Shown here one piece after another: positions 1 to 9,398 of a stretch of 25,000 nt of DNA (its first letter is position 1; the number at the start of each line of letters is the position of its first letter). This DNA comes from Takakia lepidozioides (lineage: Eukaryota > Plantae > Bryophyta), in contig JAKLZA010000098.1 in assembly GCA_030704615.1 (NCBI GenBank), forward strand, positions 1-25,000. Direction: 5' to 3'. The notes under the pieces were generated by a model. It saw only the letters and a list, made by a program, of their open reading frames with translations. It made no database searches and was not told the origin of the DNA. A program made the translations under genes and the position numbers.

Positions 1-65
1 CCAAATACAAGCAAAAAATTGCTTTTTTTGGCACCTATTTCTTAGTGAAGAGTTTTCGTCCCCAC

Positions 66-528
66 TGTAAAACCAGATTCTGCACCACCGGGTTTATTCC
101 ACTCCTCCGCAGGTATGTGCTAGTGAGGGGATGTTAGCTTGGGAAAGCTTGCCTGCCAGGAAGAAAGGATCTACACTATGAGGAGACTAGGTACCTCACT
201 ACATCACACATTCATCCAAACTCACACACTTGTACACAAGTTAAGCACGCTGAAAGTACCCGGCCGTTTAGGCTTCCAGGTAATCCTTTAAATAAAGCCA
301 GGAGGCTAATCTTATCAGACAGAGTGGCCACCTGTGATTGGCTCAGCAGATTATGTCCAGATGCTCATCCAGATAGGACGCCACGTAGTCGCTAGCTAGT
401 TGTTAACTCCAGACAGTCTACTTTATTAATCCAGCGTGTCATTCCGTCATCATTGCAATGGTCATCCACCCTCTCTCTCTTTCATTCATCGAGGCGAACC
501 GTAAGCTAGGTGGAATCCAGCCTCTACA
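66..528 (-). mobile_element. Probable LTR (solo or orphan) of an LTR retrotransposon
   Basis: On the minus strand it begins TGTAGAGG (528) and ends GGTTTTACA (66), giving TGTA...TACA termini over 463 bp. It contains a TATTTAAA box (294-287) and AATAAA (98-93) in the expected order. There is no matching target-site duplication (cccac vs tatgt) and no second copy in the window. Confidence 0.5.
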
Positions 529-699
529 TATGTAAAACCTCCTGGCGCACAAAGTTGCGAGCTCATGCGAGCATGAGCAAGGAAACTAGGCTACAAGAGT
601 CCCACGAAGATGGGATGAAAAAACCGCAGGGAAGAAAACCTTGCTCTGCAAATTGAGTGAAGGGCAAAACTTCCTTGTGGAAAAACCCCATCACCTGGT

Positions 700-1400
700 G
701 ATTGAAACCTAGCATGCACCGAGGTCCTATAAACGAAAATAAGGATGAGCATAGTGATATCCCACTCATCTGTCAGGGCACCATTCTTTTCAAGGAGCTT
801 GCACATAGTTTTGTTGAACCTTTTAGTGAGCCCATTGCATTGGGGGTTGTAAGGAGCCATCAAACAATGTTTGACATCAACATTAAAACACACAACCTCC
901 ATCAACTGGTTACAAAACTCAGTACCATGATCAGTCAAATTTCAAGGGGGCAGCCATGCCGCAACATGATTTCATCAAAGAAGAACTGAACCACCTCATC
1001 ACTGTCCTTACCAACCAAAGGCCGGATCTCAATCCATTTAAACAGGTAGTCAGTAGCAACGCCAATGTAACTATTGCCCTTAGTCGTAGTTTTGAGAGGT
1101 CCGACAAGGTCAAGGCCAACCCATGCAAACATTTCCGTCACAAGGATTGGTTGAAATTTAAGAAGAGCCACAGTTCTAGCCAGCAAGATTTTTTTGCATG
1201 GAACACACTTAGCAATGAAATCAGATATGTCTTTGTTTAATCCCTTCCAGTGATACTTCTCTTGGAGTCTGTGTACAGTCTTATCAACACCAAGATGACT
1301 AGCATAAAGTGAGCTATGATAAAGCTCCAGCAATGCAGGAACAGAGCTCCTAGTAGGGGCCTCCACGACATTCTCTTGCCCATGAATAATGAGTACCTTG
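700..1400 (-). pseudogene. Retrotransposon integrase (H2C2 zinc finger plus rve core), frameshifted and 3'-truncated
   Basis: Zinc finger YHSSLYASHLGVDKT...CVPCKK. Core motifs WVGLDLVGPL, ATDYLFKWIE, TDHGTEF, PYNPQCNGLTKRFNKT and VYRTSVH are spread over ORFs 935-1555, 931-1128 and 591-938. Similarity ends near 700. Confidence 0.93.
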
Positions 1401-1951
1401 AGCAACTTATCTTCATGCTCCTTATGAGAGGGGAGATGATAGTTTACTTGACTCATGATAGGGGAAGAGATGCACTGCAGATAAGTGTTGGTTTTACACT
1501 TCTGGAGGAGGGCTTGGTGTAGTAGATCTTTCATGTCTGCATAGCTCATAGCCATCCCTTAGGTTAGTGTGAGCCATGATGGAGTGTCCGCCTCAATGAG
1601 CTCCAGCATACATACAGAGCTCAACTACATAGCAAATGGATTGCTTCATGAGAGCACAAATAGGACAATGAAGCTTGCAAACAAGTGCCCTATGGAGAGG
1701 AGGTAACAAAAACCAGGAGCAGCAGCAAGAGAAGACAAAGTGCAGAGATGGAGAGGGGGTTACCAATCATACTTCGGAGGTGAACTTAGTAACAGGGCAG
1801 CACTCTAGAATTAAGCTAACCAGCAGAAATGAAAGCAGATCCCATTCTACATGAGATCAGGAAGGGAGGTAGGAACAGTAGCAAAAAAAGCTAATAAATC
1901 AGGACCATCAAGAACAGCAGAGGGCAAGGTCGATGAAGCATGAGAAGGCCA

Positions 1952-2407
1952 CTACTGGGCTAGATCATCTACAGTCGTGGAGGGTTGAGAGGACTTAGGC
2001 TCGCTGCATGTGAGGGCATCGACATCGGTATTGGCCTTGCCCTTCTTGTAACGAATATCATAATCAAACATTTGTAGCGTCAAAGACCATCGTGCAAGCC
2101 TTCCAGACAGTTCATGAGGAGTCTTGAGTGCTTTTAAAGGGACATGATCAGTTTCTACAACAAAAGGACAGCCATGCAAGTACTGCCTAAAATGTTTAAC
2201 ACCAAAAATCACTGCTAAACCCTCTTTGTCAGTGATACCATGGTTCCTTTCATGCTTATCCATGCGGCTAGAGGCATAAGCCACCACATGTTCTTTGCCA
2301 TCTCGTTTCTGACACAGAACTGCAGACACGTTTAAGTCAGAGGCATCGGTTTGAAGCAGGAAGGGCTGGGTGAAGTCAGGAAAGATCAAAATAGGAGCAC
2401 AAGTCAA
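1952..2407 (-). pseudogene. Retrotransposon RNase H (Ty3-type)
   Basis: APILIFPDFTQPFLLQTDAS...VAYAS...ERNHGITDKEGLAVIFGVKHFRQYLHG...TDH...RLARWSLTLQMFDYDIRYKKGKANTDVDAL. Confidence 0.95.
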
Positions 2408-2438
2408 AACAATTTTCAGCTTTTTAAAAGGCAGAAAG

Positions 2439-3480
2439 TTACTGAGGCCCCCAACTGAACTTCACATGAGCCTTGCACAGTAAGAGGTTAAGGACAGCAG
2501 CAATTTTAGCAAAGTGCTTGATAAACCTACGATAGTATGTGGCCAAGCCTAAGATTAAAGCACGTACACAGTTCTTATCGCGAGGGGTGGGATACTCCCA
2601 CACAGCTTTGACTTTATCAGGGTCCGGGCTGATACCTGCTGTAGAGAGCATGTGTCCTAGGAAATGAAGCTCAGCCATGCAGAGATCGCATTTCTTTGGC
2701 GGGTCTTTGGCTTGACCTTCAACCCGGCACCTCTGAGTCTGCACAACACCCGTCTAAGATCAAGCATATGAGCAGCAAAGGAGGGAGAGTAGACATTGAT
2801 GTCATCGACGTAAACTAAAGCACACTCCCATCGCAGGCTACCTAAAACCACATCCATGAGCCGCTGAAAAGTGGCTGTAGCGTTACAAAGGCCAAATGGC
2901 ATAGTCTCAAACTGGAAGAGGCCTCGTTTGCATGTAAAAGCGGTCTTTTCCTTGGCGGACTCTGTAAGAGGGACCTGCCAAAACCTGCAGCCAAGTCTAA
3001 TGAGGAAAATATAGTAGCACCATTAAGCTGGTCCAACGTGTCATGAATCCTAGGCAGGGGGTATACATCCTTTTTTGTCAAAGAATTGAGTCGGCGAAAA
3101 TCAACACGGAAGCGGGTGGTCCCATCCTTCTTAGCGATCAACACTATGGGACTAGCCCACGGGATACAGAGGGGGTAACCACACCAGCATCTAGCATTTT
3201 TTTTATTCATCTTGCATGATACCTCGCTCTTTGACACTCTCACGATAGGGGTGTTGTTTAACAGGGCACCATCAGTGATGATATCATGTTTCAGCATCCC
3301 TATTCTGCCAAGATCATGGGACCCTTTGCTAAAGACATCCATGTTATCACGAATAACTGCATACAATTGACCCTGCTCATCATCAGTCAGACCAGGGCCA
3401 ATGCAAACATCACTGAGAACCTGATCAAGATGAGTACTTTGCTCAGGGGAGAGAGGCGTTACCGGTGGTGTAGGCAAGAA
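2439..3480 (-). pseudogene. Retrotransposon reverse transcriptase, frameshifted
   Basis: DVFSKGSHDLGR, PWASPIVLIAKKDGTTRFRVDFRRLN, YPLPRI, FSSLDLAAGF, MPFGLCNATATFQRLM, catalytic VYVDD, FLGH and LGLATYYRRFIKHFAKIA, spread across three frames. Confidence 0.96.
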
Positions 3481-3481
3481 A

Positions 3482-3810
3482 CAGACGGATATACAAGTGT
3501 ATGACTCTGCTGTTCCGTTGATATGTGTGTTTCCCTCTACGTGCACTGATCTCCTTAGCAAAGCGAAGCTCTGTCATCTAGCTACAATCCCCCCTTTCTA
3601 TGTGCAATACCGCAGAGGATAGGAGAATCTACAATCTGGATCTTCACAAGCCCACAGGCTGACTGTTTGGAAGATTTCTCAAAATTAAACTTGCTATGAA
3701 ATAATGAAATGGTTATGAAATAATCAACGATGAAAAGAAGTGCGACATAAAATCATTCCAAGCACACAGGAATTCTTGGATTGATTGATGATGCTGTTGA
3801 TCAGCTGGTT
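3482..3810 (-). mobile_element. Nested insertion: 3' internal end, polypurine tract and start of an LTR from a second element
   Basis: The minus strand reads AGAAAGGGGGGAT (3599-3587) immediately followed by TGTAGC (from 3586), a typical PPT/LTR junction. The surrounding AT-rich non-coding DNA interrupts pol between the dUTPase-like and RT regions. Boundaries are approximate. Confidence 0.5.
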
Positions 3811-3859
3811 CTTATGAGTCATTCAGTCCAAAGTGCAAGGCAGCCTGAACTTGAGTGAT

Positions 3860-4135
3860 TGCACTTAAAGGAGCAGCAGTAAGTCTAGCAATGACCTGGC
3901 CCATACGGATATGAATTGGAATCCTTTCTGGATTGGCAACCAGAAGCCTAAGCTCACCACGAAATCCTCTATCAAGTACACCAGAGGCAACAAGACAGTG
4001 TTTAGTGAGCATAAGACGTTGCCAGCCTTCAACTTCAATAAAGTGACCTTGAGGACTGAGGAAAGTTAAGCCATGAGTAGAGACAATCTTTTGAGAGTAT
4101 GCAGGAATCGTAAAATCCTCAGGACAACGTAGCAA
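3860..4135 (-). pseudogene. Trimeric dUTPase-like domain inside the gypsy pol
   Basis: LRCPEDFTIPAYSQKIVSTHGLTFLSPQGHFIEVEGWQRLMLTKHCLVASGVLDRGFRGELRLLVANPERIPIHIRMGQVIARL follows the dUTPase pattern. Motif 3 GVIDxDYRGE appears as GVLDRGFRGE (3982-3953) and motif 4 GDRIAQL as GQVIARL, with the expected spacing. Confidence 0.8.
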
Positions 4136-4379
4136 GGTGCTATTATACTGGGGATGGCAACAAGAGGCCCACCTTTCTTGCCAGGTAAAGGAATTTGCCA
4201 CTGATGCAAGGTGGAGGGAGCTTTCTTGGCGAAGTTAAAGTATCTGGTCCAGTTATAGTGCTCATCAGCACGTTGTTTGGTCTCAGCAGCTAAGGCGCGC
4301 ATATGAGATAGATGGGCAGTGGCACACCCAACAGGTAAAGAGGCAGAATTGAGGTGCACCTTATGTGCCGGAGCAGAGC

Positions 4380-4570
4380 CATTGTTAAGCCACATGATAT
4401 TCTCAGCAATATCTACCGTGGCACCTGCTGCACACATCCAATCCAGGCCCAAGAGAAGTTGTTCCCCAATGGTGACAATGCATGTAATTGGGACAGAGTG
4501 ACGACTGACCTTGACAGGAATGGTGACCAAACCAAGGGGATAATAGCGCGTGCCATCTGCAAGCGAAGGT
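4380..4570 (-). pseudogene. C-terminal half of a retropepsin-like aspartic protease
   Basis: LADGTRYYPLGLVTIPVKV...EQLLLGLDWMCAAGATVDI, containing the flap and the ILGxDWL-type motif. The catalytic D(T/S)GA was not found upstream. Confidence 0.75.
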
Positions 4571-5397
4571 GCACCGGGTATAAGTATGTGGTGGATTCGG
4601 AGGGCAATCTTGAGGATTTGTAACTTTGGGCCACATCATTTGCACATTTGTGGTAGAGCCTCGGGACTATTTTGAGGATGTTTTGGCTGGGATAGTACAT
4701 AGTACCCTCGACCTCTTAGAGAGGCAGCTCTCGAATTGGAAGATTCATGGAGAGATTTGAGATATTTGTTAGTGCCTCTTCCACATTTGTCCTGGATTTA
4801 GCCAAGGAGTCAAAGATTGTTGGAAACAAGGCTTTTTCATCCGATCCAAAGGGAGTCATGAGTTTGGGTAGAGTTTGGATAGTTATCTGGGGTACAGCAG
4901 CAGATGCTCATGACACTCCACCTTGTATCTCCTGATTGGCTCCCCTCTCTCTGCTGGTTAAAAGTTAAAACGTGTGTAGAAACAATTGTTCTGGTAACTA
5001 TGGGTAATTGGAAGATGTGTGTTTTGAATTGAATCCTTTCTACAACCGTGCGGCGCGTTATTCATAAATAGTAGAGAAATGATGTGGCAACTTGGAAGCA
5101 TGCACAATGCTCGTGTGGTGTAGAAGAGCAAGATCAGCGGCTCATTACAAGTATTGAGGATACGCACAGACAGAAGGTTGTGCAGCTATGAGCTGAAGTC
5201 CAAAGATCTGCAACTGGGTCGAGGAAGGAGGAAGGAAGACCCGCGACATCAGGTCCAAAGTATCTAACCTGGTAACTTCCGTTTTGAGATTAATATTCGA
5301 ATGCTATCAGCTACCTAGACATCTTATACATCCAGATTTTGAAGAGACCCATCGACGTTCTCACCTCCATTCTAGACACAAGAAACTGCCAGAAAGC

Positions 5398-6995
5398 ATG
5401 GGTATCGTTGCTGAGCCAAAGCTCCAAGTGATCTTGCAAGACCCAACTGTGGTTGTTCCAGCTGCGCCTACCAAATCGCATATGATGTATCTTTCCAACT
5501 TGGACCGGCCCCTGACTATTGTTCCACACACTATGTACTTGTATCATGCCGGTCCTACCAAAAACCATGACAATCCAGCAAAAGCGATGAGAGCTAGGCA
5601 CTTTCCAAGATACTTGTCCCGTATTACCCTCTAGCTGGAAGGCTTCAGATTAGTTCGGAGGGGAAACTCGAAGTCAATTGTACCGAGTCTGGCAAGCCTC
5701 ATCCGGAATTGATGCAACTGTTCTACCTAGTTCTAGAGGCAAAGAATCAGGAGGCATTGCATCCGCTACTTGCGAACCCCCCGTTGGTTGTCCAGGTAAC
5801 TTATAACTGAAGTCAAAGTTTTGTTTTATGGTTGCCATCTGTGCATGTAGTGCCCGATTAAAACTTCCTGCGAGCTCACTGTAAGTGTTTTGAAATGTAC
5901 TAGGAAATATTGATTGATGGATATCAGACTTGGATATGAATGCATCTTTCCTCAAATGATCGCACTCTTAGCGAGGTCCGATTGGTTATTCAGTATATAG
6001 ACGACGACCTACCAAGGTTTTTGAATGCGATATCATATGTATGTCGGACGCTCAATATTGCATCTGCGTCCTCAGGTTGAGTTCAGGAGTATCTAAGTTT
6101 TGGTTGAATCCCCCTTCTGTGTGCTCGCAGGTGACAAGGTGTTCAGGTGTGGTGGGTTCGTATTGGGCTTAGGCTAACCATTTGTTTGTGGACGGCTTCA
6201 CAGCCATGCAGTTCTTAAATGCGTGGGCCGCTACAGCGCGTGGAGATAGTACCCCTTTGAGTGCTCCATTCTTGGACTGTATTTCGCCCAAGATCTCCAC
6301 TTCGGATTGACTTTCTACACCATGAATGGCACGAGATGGATCTGTCGAAAGATCTTTTGGGTGATGATTTTGAATACGACTCTTTCTATTTCACCCGTGA
6401 AACCCTCACAGAGTTAAAACAACAAGTATTGGAGGAGCCTGCGGGTAACGTGAGCAAGTGCTCCACTTTCGAGGCGCTCGCAGCCCATGTTTGGCGCGCA
6501 CGCACGAAAGCACTTGAAATGGAACCATCCCAGAAAACCAGACTCCTCGTGGGAGTTGATGTGCGTTCAAAGTTTGTGCCTCCCGTTCCCTCCGGCTTTG
6601 CTGGTAACGCAGTTTATGCAGCTTGCGCTATGACCACAGCTGATGAGCTCCTATCCAAGCCTCTGTCTTATGCAGTGGAGCTTCTACAAGAAGGGATTGC
6701 TTTGATCACAGACAATTACTTGAGATCCGGAATTGACTACATTGAGGACGTAAAGGAGATGCCATCTTTGGTCACCATGTCATTTACGATTACCAATTGG
6801 TCCCGATTGCCGTTCTATGAGATTGACTTCGGTTGGGGAAAGCCAATTTACTGTGGACCTCTCCCTCGAGGACCGCGAGAGATAGTTTGCTTTACATTGC
6901 CAGATGGAAGTGAGGCGGAAAAGAATAACTTGAGAGTGATTATCGGACTGCCTCCGAGAGCTATGAAGAAGTTCAAAGAGGCAATAGGCATTTGA
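5398..6995 (+). pseudogene. BAHD acyltransferase pseudogene (HCT/feruloyl transferase-like), 2 exons: 5398-5795 and 6131-6995
   Basis: [36 protein letters not shown]|VTR at the intron position conserved in BAHDs (GT 5796, AG 6130), catalytic HLFVD (6179-6193) and DFGWG (6825-6839). Lesions: frameshift near 5592, apparent deletion after EVNCT, indels near 6140 and 6176 with TAG at 6170, and a frameshift near 6277. Confidence 0.9.
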
Positions 6996-8204
6996 ATCGG
7001 ATGGGTTTTTGCAGAGAACTGTTGTTTCATACAATCTTATCTAATCAATTCTAGTAGGAGGTTTGCAATTAGCCGGCTAGTTTGCAACCTGTTTGCAATT
7101 CTGTGGGGTGGATCTTGCAGCTGTATGCACCCTAGCATACAAGTATATGGCTTATAAGAAGCTGGAATACCAGTATTGTTTGTGTACTGCGCATCCAGTG
7201 CTGTAGTGCACATGCTCCATTCCTTCCTGCAATCACAAGAGCCTTGTCCTTGCTGACACACTACTAAGAGCCTTGTCCTAGCACTGACTCTGTTTCTTTC
7301 ATAATAACTAATCTCACTCACTCCTGGAACTCTGAGTTTGAAGAGCTTGTTGAAATAACGCTTTGCTGATCCTGTCTGCGCCTCGTGTGGAAGATTTTTG
7401 CATAGAAGGAGAGCATGTTCAATATTGCGCAATGATCTGAGGGACTATTAAGAGCAAGCCTTTTATCTGCAACGATCGTGATCATATTTATGGACTGCAG
7501 TTGCGTTCGAACTTAGTTCAGGGCTGTTGATAGCCCTGCACCGTAATTGTGTCTAACTAGTAATGAGCAACATTGCACTGGATAAACACCACCAATGCAA
7601 TCAAATGATTCGTTGTGGGATTCTGCATGTGCTGCCCTTCTATCTTCAAACTACGTCCAAGACCTGTTTGTAACTACGAGTGCACAGTGCACAGCTCCAC
7701 AGGTAACCGTGAATCCGTCACCCTTTGTCATTAGCTGGAAGTTGAGACACCCTGCCTTTACCTTCAATTTCTCATTTTCATCAATGTAGTCGGGGGCTGA
7801 AACCTGATTCTTTGTCCTGGGTACTCTCACCAGAGAGAAGCCCTCTTCAAATCCATCAAGGGATTTGTTTCTGTACCTGTGTACCAACTTCGTAATTGTC
7901 GAGGCTGGGGCAAAAGCCCAGGCCCTTTCGGAGCCTAGATATTGGGCAAATCACACACAGCTGATGTTTGTGGAAAGGGATTTCTAGAGGATATTGGAAA
8001 ACTCAGATCAATTGTCTCTGTTCCAAGGTAAGTCATACTACCGGCATCAGCCGCTGACAAAGGTCGTTTCTGTCCCTTTTGTGTCCACTCAAAGTGGGCA
8101 CAAGGTCAATGGCCACAAGGCTATGAGTACATTCTTTCTAGTCTGTCGCTCTGAAAAGAATCCAGAGTAGAGATTGGATGCAACTGGCAGCACCCCCATT
8201 ACTA

Positions 8205-8582
8205 CTGGGATTTGTGACCAAAGCAAGCTCCCAACCAGTAACCCCAGCTGATAGACTCATGCCACCATTTGGATCATACGCCAATCCTGTTCCACATGTG
8301 CTGGAAGTGCCTGTTCAAAAGATTGTTATCCTGTGGCCTCCACTGAACAAACATAGCTGCTACAGACATCTCAATGCTTGCAGCAAGAGAAGTCCTCCAA
8401 CTCATGGTCAAACCTATCCTTGATGCCCAGATACTGTATCACTTGTGTCACCTAACTACAAGACAAAATCAGGAAGCAGCCAAGCCTCTGTAAGGAAGTT
8501 AGGCAAGCTCACTCTGCGGAACGATAGCCAAGGCATTGCTTTCCTCCAATGCTGAAGCATTTGGTACAACATCATCCAAGCC
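8205..8582 (-). pseudogene. Two-exon fragment of an ANTH-domain clathrin assembly protein (PICALM/AP180-like) gene
   Basis: Exon 8582-8513 (cag|...|gtgagc) encodes GLDDVVPNASALEESNALAIVPQ. A phase-compatible exon from 8310 encodes STSSTCGTGLAYDPNGGMSLSAGVTGWELALVTNPSSNGGAA. The EESNALALAIV and GWELALVTxPSSN motifs characterise plant PICALM C-terminal regions. No ANTH domain exons were recognised. Confidence 0.8.
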
Positions 8583-9398
8583 CTGAAACCCTCATGAGCC
8601 TGTTGTGAGCATTCCAGTGAGGGAGACGAATAATACTGCTTACATGGAAGTGAGGCCCATGGTGCTTATTGTCTCCAGCAAACATTGGCTGTTCTTACTA
8701 ATACAGCCCATTCTGTTATATGCAACTCAACCAGCTCAACTGCAGCCAACACCAATCCAGTTGGGTATAGTTTGTTGTCAGTGCTAGCACTAGAAAATGA
8801 GGACCATTCCAGCACTGTTAAAGATAAAAAGCAACGTAGACAGGGAAGTGGAAGATAAGCAAAGTAAAGAGAAGGGAGCATAGCAGGGCAGATCAGCTGC
8901 AGTCTTTGAACTGAAAATCAACTTCAGAATCAGATCACACATGAGCCTATATACAGAAGACATACAGAAAGGAATCCACGGACTTGTCATGGTGCTGTGC
9001 AGGTTGAAGGTTGGCTCTGCAGCTTGATGACAGGTTAGTGCCAAAACCACCCTTCAAGATGAGGTAAAAAAAGCATCTGTCAGTCCCAATATTCGACATA
9101 ATCTTCCACTTAGATACCTGCACATACTTGGACTGGCACTAGGTTCCAGTGCCCACATTCTGGTCAATGAAGTGAATTAACCCTAGTATCGCGGTAAAAT
9201 TTAAGGAAGGAAAAAAAAAGATAGCTCCCTTTCTATCTTGTAAGATCTCATCAGAACTTGCATCTCACAGAATGATGCTCAAGACTGGAATAGAGTTCAC
9301 CATACTTTAGATTCCCCTGCAAGTCCGAGTTGGGAGTCAGTCTATTTTGCCAGGCTTCAACCCTGTAAAATGGGTACCGGTTACCCATCAAACGTATT

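Larger units (their letters stand above)
700..4600 (-). mobile_element. Degenerate Ty3/gypsy LTR retrotransposon internal (pol) region
   Basis: Minus-strand domain order PR(C-terminal part) - dUTPase-like - RT - RNase H - INT, which is the gypsy order. It is broken by many frameshifts and stops. No recognisable gag or 5' LTR. Confidence 0.95.

Noticed and set aside
50-65. Possible primer-binding site (TGGGGACG on the minus strand) next to the LTR
   Set aside because: It starts with TGG but I cannot match it to a specific tRNA 3' end without a search.
4600-4950. Possible gag or protease N-terminus upstream of the protease remnant
   Set aside because: A mostly open minus-strand frame exists, but no CCHC knuckle, DTGA/DSGA or other recognisable motif was found.
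4950-5300. Expected 5' LTR matching 66-528
   Set aside because: No extended similarity to 66-528 or 531-700 by eye; only a short gattggctc word is shared nearby.
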